Assembly: GCA_963845185.1 (NCBI GenBank)
Contig: CAWJRG010000005.1
Location: 384,001 to 448,000, forward strand
Direction: 5' to 3'
Source of the DNA: an uncultured bacterium
GTDB taxonomy: Bacteria; Oederibacteriota; PGYV01; CAWJRG01
DNA: 64,000 nt
Of this stretch, positions 36,756 to 44,606 are shown piece by piece. How positions within the stretch are numbered: position 1 is the first letter of the stretch; each line of letters starts with the position of its first letter. The notes beneath the pieces were generated by a model. It saw only the letters and a list, made by a program, of their open reading frames with translations. It was not told the DNA's origin and searched no databases. The translations under genes were made by a program, and so were the position numbers.

Positions 36756-37766
36756 TCATTTTCCCAATTGTTTTCTTTCCTTGATGAGCTCCTCTCTTAA
36801 TTCGTTTTCTTTCGGCAGATACAATTTATACTTCGAGGCAAAGACCTGTCTGCTGTCCTTTAGCATTGTGTATTTCACCATTGCCTCGTTTTTTTCAGAA
36901 CAAAGCACTATTCCTATCGTTGGGTTGTCCGTTTTTTGCTTAATTTCATCTTCAAAATACCTCACATAAAAATCCAACTGCCCCACATCCTGATGCGTGA
37001 GTTTGCCCACTTTCAGGTCAATCAGCACAAAACATTTCAAAATATAGTTATAAAAAACAAGGTCAATATAATAATGGTCGCCATCAACAGTTATTCTTTT
37101 CTGCCTCTCCACAAACGAGAATCCGTTTCCAAGTTCGAGCAGGAATTGCCGCAACTTGCTTATAAGGGCGTTTTCGAGGTCTTTTTCCAAATAATCCTTG
37201 TTTTCCTTCATACCGAGAAATTCGAGCACATAAGGGTCTTTTACAATATCCGATGTTTTCTTTAAAATTTGCCCTTTCGTAGACAGCATCTTTACTTTTT
37301 TCTTATTTTTGCTGAACGCCAGCCGCTCAAACAGCAATGAATTGATTTGCCGTTCAAGTTCCCTTGTGCTCCAGTTGCTGTTTATACACTCGTTCATGTA
37401 AAACCCGCGCGCGCCGGTATTTTCCACCTTCAAAAGCAGCCTATAATGGGTCCATGTCAATTCTGAACGCAGTGCGTTCACTTTTCTAAAATATGAATAA
37501 AATGACTTCATGTACCATAGATTACGCTCATCAAAACCAGCGCCGTAGTCTATGCTTAATTTCGCCGAAATATTTTTTATCAAAAAGTCTCCGTATCCGG
37601 CTCTTGCTTTGCCATTTTGTTCCTCTTCCACTATTACCCTGCCTATTTCCCAATATGCCCGAACCATGGCGGAATTGACCGCTCTGTAAGCGGTACTTCT
37701 CGCCTTTTCAAGAATCTGCCTTATATTGTAGTAAAGCCTATTGATGTTGCTTTTTTCCGGTTTCAT
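36756..37766 (-). CDS. YhcG/DUF1016 PD-(D/E)xK protein
   Basis: YWEIG..IV, LTWTHY, WSTREL.RQI, KDPY.LEFL, LLELG.GF and IDLK motifs. Confidence 0.95.
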   Translation of the reverse strand: MKPEKSNINRLYYNIRQILEKARSTAYRAVNSAMVRAYWEIGRVIVEEEQNGKARAGYGDFLIKNISAKLSIDYGAGFDERNLWYMKSFYSYFRKVNALRSELTWTHYRLLLKVENTGARGFYMNECINSNWSTRELERQINSLLFERLAFSKNKKKVKMLSTKGQILKKTSDIVKDPYVLEFLGMKENKDYLEKDLENALISKLRQFLLELGNGFSFVERQKRITVDGDHYYIDLVFYNYILKCFVLIDLKVGKLTHQDVGQLDFYVRYFEDEIKQKTDNPTIGIVLCSEKNEAMVKYTMLKDSRQVFASKYKLYLPKENELREELIKERKQLGK

Positions 37767-39550
37767 TTTATCTCCTTTAAATACTTTTCTATTTTCTTTT
37801 CCTTTATTGCCAGTTCTTTTTCCAGGCCTTTTATCTCTTTCCAGACCTTGTCCGTGTCAATGTCCTCAATTTCCTCTTCCTTTGAACAGTACATGGTCAC
37901 ATTAAGCGACCAGCCGTTGCTTTCAATATCCGGTATATTCACCACACGGGATATTCCCTTTCTGCCCCTATAACCGTCATTATTTAAAAACTCCTCATAA
38001 TAACCTTTGATTTCCGTGATATTTTTATCTGAAATAATATTCAGCTTCCTGACATCTGGATGTTTTTCAAATAATCCGGAAGCGTTAATAAACAAAACCT
38101 TCTTTTTCATCTCTTCTTCGCGCTTTTTGTTTATTATGATTACGCCACCCGGCGCGCCTGTGTTATAAAAAAGCTTTTCAGGCAGCAGCATGACGCACTC
38201 TATAAGCCCTTTTGTCAAAACCGCCTGCCTTATATTTCCTTCTTTTCCCCCGCGGAACATCGCGCCGTTGTCTATCACTATGCCGGCCCTTCCTTTTTTT
38301 TCGTCAAGGCCGGCGATGACGTGCTGTATCCACGCCCAGTCAGCGGACTGGTTGGGCGTAAAGCCAAAAGTAAACCTCTCCTTTACAAAATTTCCTTTCT
38401 TTAAATTTTCTTCGGGATACCCGTCCTGGTTCCACGGCGGGTTCACAAGGACAATATCGAATGTTTTTAGTTTGCCTTTGTCCTCGAACTTCGGGTATTT
38501 AAGGCTGTCGCTTAATTTCAGGACATCCTGCTTTATGCCGTGAATATACAGGTTCATCTGCGCAAGCGCGACTGACTGGGCGTTTGCTTCCTCTCCATAC
38601 AGGGAAAGGGTCTTTGCTTTTCCTGGCCCTTCCTTTTCAGTCACGTATTTATATGCCTGCAACAGCATGTTTGCCGCGCCGCAGGCAGGGTCATAAACAT
38701 TCTCTCCTGATTTTGGTTTTGTTATTTCCACAAGAAGCCTTATCACTTCTTTTGGCGTGTACACCTCGCCTTCCTTTGCCTTTTGCGGCGCGAAATACCT
38801 GATTATCCACTCGTAGGAATCCCCGAGCACGTCGTCGGAAACGTTTGAAAGCCGTTTCTCGCTGAACAGCTCTACAAGCTGCCTTAACAGCTCGGAATTT
38901 TCCTTGTTCCCGGAAAACTGGATAAAGGAAGTCTGTGATACTATTTCTTTTATCTTAGGGTTATGGTCCCCGATTTCCTTCAATATTTCCGACAGCCCCT
39001 CTGGCAAGTGGGACACATCGTTCCTGATGTTGTCCCAGAAATTCATATTGACCCCCAGGTATTTGTCGGGCACGACAAAATCATGGTAAGCTTCGTTCGT
39101 GGCTTCTTTCTTTGCCTGGTTCTCCGTATATCCGTCCGCTCTTGCTTTTTTATACTCGTCTTCAAATTCCTTCTGCCACTTGTCGCTTATCCTTTTAAGA
39201 AACAAAAGCACAAGAATAAATTTATAATCAACCCTTGTCCTTATCAGGTCAGCGGCGCGCTTTAAAATCTTTTCTATATCATCCCTTGTTAGTTCTTTAT
39301 TCTCGGAAAGTGCTGGTTTCACTTCGTCACCGCATTCAAGAAGCTTATATATTTTCCTTCTTGCATTTTCCGGGTCCTTTACTACCTCAAGGCACTTATC
39401 CTTGCTGATGGAGGATAGGATTGTTAACACCTGTTTTTCCCCGTCTCCATATGTGTCTTTAAGTATCCTGGCGGCATTCTCAAACCTGAATTTTCCCTCG
39501 CCTAATTTGTCCTTTAGTATCTGGTATCTCTTTCTTACCCACTTATCCAT
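37763..39550 (-). CDS. hsdM: Type I R-M methyltransferase subunit M with an N-terminal wHTH-like extension
   Basis: AADLIR, GE.YTP, YDPACGA (motif I), NPPW (motif IV) and LPEKLFYNT. Confidence 0.95.
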   Translation of the reverse strand: MDKWVRKRYQILKDKLGEGKFRFENAARILKDTYGDGEKQVLTILSSISKDKCLEVVKDPENARRKIYKLLECGDEVKPALSENKELTRDDIEKILKRAADLIRTRVDYKFILVLLFLKRISDKWQKEFEDEYKKARADGYTENQAKKEATNEAYHDFVVPDKYLGVNMNFWDNIRNDVSHLPEGLSEILKEIGDHNPKIKEIVSQTSFIQFSGNKENSELLRQLVELFSEKRLSNVSDDVLGDSYEWIIRYFAPQKAKEGEVYTPKEVIRLLVEITKPKSGENVYDPACGAANMLLQAYKYVTEKEGPGKAKTLSLYGEEANAQSVALAQMNLYIHGIKQDVLKLSDSLKYPKFEDKGKLKTFDIVLVNPPWNQDGYPEENLKKGNFVKERFTFGFTPNQSADWAWIQHVIAGLDEKKGRAGIVIDNGAMFRGGKEGNIRQAVLTKGLIECVMLLPEKLFYNTGAPGGVIIINKKREEEMKKKVLFINASGLFEKHPDVRKLNIISDKNITEIKGYYEEFLNNDGYRGRKGISRVVNIPDIESNGWSLNVTMYCSKEEEIEDIDTDKVWKEIKGLEKELAIKEKKIEKYLKEIK

Positions 39551-39680
39551 GCTTTCCTCCTGATATACAAGTAATCAACCAAATAGGTTGTATATTCCTG
39601 AAACTCAAAAAAAAAGACCTTGCTATTAATTAAGTATACTCGATCTATGTTTATAAGTCAAGTTCTTTGGATGTTCGTTG

Positions 39681-41435
39681 TCAGTGCCCTGCGTTCTTCG
39701 CGTTGTTATATCTTTTTTTCTCGTCCCACATCTGCTTTACCATTTCTTCATTAATATATATGGCCGTGAGGTTCGAGTGCGCGGTTTCATCGAGCGGGTA
39801 AAGCGATATTATCTTATTATACAAATCTATCGCGGGTTGTTTCTTGCCTTCCAAATATAAAACCTTTGCCTTGTCATTGAGCGCTTCGGCGTCATCCGGG
39901 TAATATTTGAGGAATGCATCAAACTTTTGCCCTGCTTTCCCGTAATCCTTTGTCTCCGCGTATAATATGCCTGACTGCATAAGCCCCTGCTTTGAAACAG
40001 GCATATATTTCAAAAATTCTTCAGTATAATCCTGCGCGGCTTTTACATTGCCTGTCTTAAAATAATAATCTGCGATATAGTAATACTTTTTTTCAAACGG
40101 ATAAAGATTATCCGCCTTCCTGAAAAAATAATCAGCTGTACTGTAATTTTTGGCATCAAGCGTGTTAATTGCGTAATTCATGCTTATGCTTCCGGCTGTT
40201 GCCCTTAAATAAACAATCATTATTATTGCTGATAAGACCGCGGTTCCCATAGTAAACCCTGGAGTTTCATGGTGTTTTTTTATTTGCTTGTTCATGCCAA
40301 GCCCGAGAGCCATGAAAAAACAGGCGTTTGTCGGCAGGACAAAAAAGGGGAAATTAAAAAAAGCGTGCGCCAGCAATGCAACCATGCCTGCAAGCGCGAT
40401 TTTTGCCGTATTATTCCCGGCTATAATCAGCCTCTTTATTGAAAACCAAATGAATGCCAGAAATAATCCCAGGGCAATAATTCCGCTTTGCGCGGCTATA
40501 TCGATGAAATCATTGTGCAAATGCCCGGTCTCAAAATAACCGGCATTGTCGTTTTTATACAGGGAATAAAAAGCCTCTATGTTCCCGATGCCTATGCCTG
40601 TAAATATATTCCTGCCAAGCATATTGAGCCCTGTTTTCCACATCATCACCCTGCCTCGCAGATCGCTGCTGCCGGCGCCTGTCGCCTTTACCCTTGCTGC
40701 GACCGCGCTGTATTTGCCTGTCAATAAAACCAGCCCCGCGACAATTACTATTGCTATAACTATATACTTTACATTTTTTACAATCTCTGTTCGGAACAAA
40801 AATAACAGCAGGAGCGCGGATAATATAAACGCGAAAATCGAGCTTCTTGTCTGTGTTAAAAACAGCGTAAGCAAAAGAAAACCCGCGGCAATAGTTATTA
40901 CAATTTTATTTTTTGATAAAAGCAGGGTAAAAGGCAGCATGAGCACGAGATACCCGCCGAAAAAATCCGGGTTGCCGAAGGTCGAAAACGCCCTTCCTGA
41001 AAAATTCGTTATCCACCCCGGCAAATCAAAATTAAAAGCCTGCAGCAGCGCGTATAAAGACGCAAGGCACGCAGATGCTGTCAGCGCCATTGCTGCTTTT
41101 CTTGTTTCTTTCCTGCTAAGGAAATGCCGGGCATACAAAAACAGTACCGCGGCCATTACCCACTCCAGCCACGACATGAACGCCGTAAACTTGTTTATGC
41201 TTTTAAAAAATCCTATAAAAAACGCCGCGAGAAACAGCAAAACTGTTTTATCGACAGCGTCAAATTCGATATTTTTTATATTGTTCAGAATCGGCGCGAG
41301 AAAAACCAGGCCGGAAACAAGCAGGATAAACTTCGGTAGATAGTAAGCGTCCTCGCATTTCTGCACAAAAGCAAGTGGTATCATGAATGCAAGGAACAAA
41401 AAATACGTCTTTATTAGTTTATTGTATAATTTCAT
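39681..41435 (-). CDS. O-antigen ligase family protein with C-terminal TPRs
   Basis: STFGNP..FG, T.TRS, R...W......P/GIG.G and HLHND.......GI motifs, then TPRs. Confidence 0.9.
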   Translation of the reverse strand: MKLYNKLIKTYFLFLAFMIPLAFVQKCEDAYYLPKFILLVSGLVFLAPILNNIKNIEFDAVDKTVLLFLAAFFIGFFKSINKFTAFMSWLEWVMAAVLFLYARHFLSRKETRKAAMALTASACLASLYALLQAFNFDLPGWITNFSGRAFSTFGNPDFFGGYLVLMLPFTLLLSKNKIVITIAAGFLLLTLFLTQTRSSIFAFILSALLLLFLFRTEIVKNVKYIVIAIVIVAGLVLLTGKYSAVAARVKATGAGSSDLRGRVMMWKTGLNMLGRNIFTGIGIGNIEAFYSLYKNDNAGYFETGHLHNDFIDIAAQSGIIALGLFLAFIWFSIKRLIIAGNNTAKIALAGMVALLAHAFFNFPFFVLPTNACFFMALGLGMNKQIKKHHETPGFTMGTAVLSAIIMIVYLRATAGSISMNYAINTLDAKNYSTADYFFRKADNLYPFEKKYYYIADYYFKTGNVKAAQDYTEEFLKYMPVSKQGLMQSGILYAETKDYGKAGQKFDAFLKYYPDDAEALNDKAKVLYLEGKKQPAIDLYNKIISLYPLDETAHSNLTAIYINEEMVKQMWDEKKRYNNAKNAGH

Positions 41436-42396
41436 TGTATTTTTTTCTCAGCTTGTCTACGAGCGCGTTAAAGTCCTGCGGCGGCTCGGCAACCAGCTTT
41501 ATTTCTTCTTTTGTGAAAGGGTTTGTGAACTCGAGCCTGTGCGCGTGCAGCATCTGCCGTGGCATTACGTCGCGGTAACTTTCCTTGCTGTAGCCCATGT
41601 AAGTCAAAAGCTGGAAATCCCTTGATCTGTCGCCGTAAATTTCGTCCCCAAGGACATTGTGTTTAATGTAATTCATATGCACCCTTATCTGGTGGGTCCT
41701 GCCCGTGAGTATTTTTACCGATAAAAGCGTTGTGTTGTAAAATCTCTCAAGTGGGGTGAATATGGTGTAAGCTTCCTTGCCCTTCAACATTCTTGCGGTA
41801 AATTTTTTCCTGTCCCTTAAATCCCTGTTTATAAGCGTGCTTAAATGCCCCTCTTCCTCTATTACCCCGTGCACCAGGCACAGGTATTCTTTTTTTATTT
41901 CCTTTTTTTTGAAAAGTTCAGCCAGCTTATTGAGCGCTTCCTCGTTTTTCGCTATAAGGATGGCTCCCGATGTGTCCTTGTCCAGCCTGTGGACTATGCC
42001 CGGCCGCAAATCTTTTTTCTTGAAATCTTCCTGCTTTATGTACTTGCCGTAAACAGCATTCACAAGGGTATCATCGTCATGCCCGGCTGCGGGATGCACC
42101 ACAAGGCCGGGCTGCTTGTTTACAACAAGCATGTATTTGTCCTCGTATATTATGTCGAGCGGTATGTCCGCGCCCTTTAAATTGTACTCGACAGGCACTT
42201 CCTCGATATATTCTATTGTATCCCCTGTTTTTACTTTCTGGTTATAGCCCCTTGCCGGCCTTCCGTTGATATATATTTCTCCCCGGTCGATGCGCCTCTG
42301 GATTTTCGTCCGGCTCATGTCGGTATTTTCTTTTAAAAATACGTCTATGCGTTTTTTGCCTTCTAAGTCCGCTTTAAGCGTTTTCCTGTCTTCCAT
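41419..42396 (-). CDS. rluD: RluA/RluD-type 23S rRNA pseudouridine synthase
   Basis: N-terminal S4 domain, NKQPGLVVHP, VHRLDKDTSG and TGRTHQIRVH. Confidence 0.93.
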   Translation of the reverse strand: MEDRKTLKADLEGKKRIDVFLKENTDMSRTKIQRRIDRGEIYINGRPARGYNQKVKTGDTIEYIEEVPVEYNLKGADIPLDIIYEDKYMLVVNKQPGLVVHPAAGHDDDTLVNAVYGKYIKQEDFKKKDLRPGIVHRLDKDTSGAILIAKNEEALNKLAELFKKKEIKKEYLCLVHGVIEEEGHLSTLINRDLRDRKKFTARMLKGKEAYTIFTPLERFYNTTLLSVKILTGRTHQIRVHMNYIKHNVLGDEIYGDRSRDFQLLTYMGYSKESYRDVMPRQMLHAHRLEFTNPFTKEEIKLVAEPPQDFNALVDKLRKKYNEIIQ

Positions 42397-43124
42397 GTGT
42401 AAATTAACCCCGCAATTCCCGCCGCTACCATAAAAATGCTGATGAACTGTGATGTGGAAAGGAAAAATATCGTGCCGCGTTCCGTGTCCCCCCTGAAAAA
42501 CTCAAGAGTAAACCTTATTACCCCGTAGTTCAAAAAATAAAGCGAAAAAACCCTGCCGTCTGCCCTGCCTTTGTTTTTGTAGACAATCATAAGCACTATA
42601 AAATTGATGAAATTCAGGGCTGACTCGACAAGCTGTATCGGGAAATGCGGCAGATTGTCCCCTGCGCCCTGGAAAACAATCCCGTGTTTCGTATCGACAA
42701 ACCCATAGCAGCATCCGTTAAAAAAACAGCCTATCCTTCCTATGGAATGCGCCAGCGCTATGAAAGGCGCGCTTATGTCCCCAAGCCTGAAAAAAGGCAG
42801 CTTGTTCCTGCTTATCCACCACCAGCACCCTAGCACAGCGCCTATAAACCCGCCGTAAAAAACAAGCCCGCCCTGCCACAGCATGAAAATTTCCACTATG
42901 CGGGTCTTAAAATACGGCCACCACACAGCCACATATACCAGCCTTGAACCAATGACCGCGCCTATTATGCTGACGATGCCCAGGTCGATTATCACGTCTT
43001 TCTTGAAACCTTCTTTTTCCGCCAGGATTGAAGCAAGGTATATGGCAGTCAGAAATGCTATGGCCACCATTATGCCGTAAACTTTTATCGGAAAACCGCC
43101 TAAATCGCAAAGGACCGGATGCAT
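42363..43124 (-). CDS. lgt: Prolipoprotein diacylglyceryl transferase
   Basis: GGLVFYGG, GRIGCF.NGCCYG and RF..EF.RGD motifs. Confidence 0.95.
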   Translation of the reverse strand: MHPVLCDLGGFPIKVYGIMVAIAFLTAIYLASILAEKEGFKKDVIIDLGIVSIIGAVIGSRLVYVAVWWPYFKTRIVEIFMLWQGGLVFYGGFIGAVLGCWWWISRNKLPFFRLGDISAPFIALAHSIGRIGCFFNGCCYGFVDTKHGIVFQGAGDNLPHFPIQLVESALNFINFIVLMIVYKNKGRADGRVFSLYFLNYGVIRFTLEFFRGDTERGTIFFLSTSQFISIFMVAAGIAGLIYTWKTGKRLKRT

Positions 43125-43128
43125 TTGT

Positions 43129-43593
43129 TCACCTCTCAAAAAGAATATGCAGGATAAAAAGGAAAACCCCGGCGCTGATGCCGCAGTCTGCTATGTTAAA
43201 TACAGGCCATTTGAAAGCCTTATATCCTATCTCGATAAAATCCACCACCCTGCCCATAAAAACCCTGTCTATCAAGTTGCCGCAGGCGCCGCCCAGTATG
43301 AGCCCGCATGAAAGGTTATAAAGGAAATTTGTTTTGGGATGCCTTGCCCAGTAAATGGTTATTGCTATTATGGCCGCCAATACCACGGACGCAAGGATCC
43401 ATCTCTGGGCCTGGCTGAATTCCTTGTTCAGCACGCCGAAAGAAATACCGTTGTTTTCAATGTATGTGATGCTTAATATGTTGTCCTTGATGACGCTTAT
43501 TGACTGGTAAAGCGCCATGCCTGTCTTGACGAGTGACTTGACAAACTGGTCGAGAATTATGGTGGCTGCTGCAGTTATCATGAATGTTCTCAT
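43129..43593 (-). CDS. lspA: Lipoprotein signal peptidase II
   Basis: DQ..K, N.G..FG, GNLIDR, VVDF and FNIAD motifs. Confidence 0.96.
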   Translation of the reverse strand: MRTFMITAAATIILDQFVKSLVKTGMALYQSISVIKDNILSITYIENNGISFGVLNKEFSQAQRWILASVVLAAIIAITIYWARHPKTNFLYNLSCGLILGGACGNLIDRVFMGRVVDFIEIGYKAFKWPVFNIADCGISAGVFLFILHILFER

Positions 43594-44537
43594 CAGACGA
43601 CCCTCTCTATTTTGTCTATTATTCTCCTGAGCGTGCACAGGACGCCTATCGGGTTGTCGGATTTGTCCCTGATAAACATGGTGTTTACCAGCACTTTCTT
43701 GCTGCCTTCCGGCGTATTCAAAATCAGCTCCTTGTCAAAAGCCGGTTCTTTTTTGAACCTCAGGTTCAGTATCAGCTCTTTCAGCTCGCCAAGTGTCTCG
43801 AGCGAATATATGGAAAAATTGATTACCTTTGACCTTCTGGCATTAAAAATGGTTTCGCAGGCGGTGTTGAAGGTCCTTATTATCCCGCCATCGTCTATTA
43901 TGATCAGCCCGTCCCTGAAGCTGTCGTATACCCTCGACGTAAAGGTTATGAACCCGTTTAGCTCCTCGTTAACGTTGTTTATCTTGTTTGAAAGCACGGC
44001 GTTTGCCCTTTCCAGGCTCTTTTTTTCCTCGGCGTCCTCGTTTGCCATTTCCGCTATATAGCTGCTGTGCAGGGCAACCACGAATAAAAACGGGATGTTC
44101 ATCAAAGTTTTTGCTTCGGCCAAAACAAATCCCTCCCCGCCCATGGTGCTTTTTATGTAAATATACAGGGCGTTCACGACAAAAGCTATGAGTATGCTCA
44201 GTTTTATCGACTGGCCCACGGCTGCCATGAATATAGCAAGGAATATGAAAAGCAGGAAATAAATGTCAAACTGCGCCAGCCAGTACACGCCGAGCGAAAT
44301 TATGATGAAGTCCAGGATAAAAACAAAATAATGCAGCTTTACACCCTCGTACAGGTCAAGCGGCAGATAAATAAAAACAAAATTGCTTATTACGACCAGG
44401 AGAAGGTAAAAAATAATGTATTGTTTCGAGCTCATTATGGCCGTGTAATTATACGCGCCGAGCAGCAATATCGCCAGCGACAATAGCGCCCTGATGTATA
44501 CTATGGACTGTTTCCTGAGCTTTATTGTAGATTCCAT
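43593..44537 (-). CDS. Multi-TM membrane protein with a C-terminal PAS domain
   Basis: Five to six TMs, a coiled coil, then DGLIIID..G.I..FN...E.IF; ends right after the PAS domain. Confidence 0.8.
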   Translation of the reverse strand: MESTIKLRKQSIVYIRALLSLAILLLGAYNYTAIMSSKQYIIFYLLLVVISNFVFIYLPLDLYEGVKLHYFVFILDFIIISLGVYWLAQFDIYFLLFIFLAIFMAAVGQSIKLSILIAFVVNALYIYIKSTMGGEGFVLAEAKTLMNIPFLFVVALHSSYIAEMANEDAEEKKSLERANAVLSNKINNVNEELNGFITFTSRVYDSFRDGLIIIDDGGIIRTFNTACETIFNARRSKVINFSIYSLETLGELKELILNLRFKKEPAFDKELILNTPEGSKKVLVNTMFIRDKSDNPIGVLCTLRRIIDKIERVV

Positions 44538-44571
44538 ATTTTGTCTCCTTTCAACTGTTTTTCCGTTACTA

Positions 44572-44600
44572 GTAGAGACGACCCGCCGGGTCGTCTCTAC
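44572..44600. repeat. GTAG REP-like palindrome
   Basis: GTAGAGACGACCC-GCC-GGGTCGTCTCTAC between ileS and the PAS gene. Confidence 0.8.
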
Positions 44601-44606
44601 TTTATA

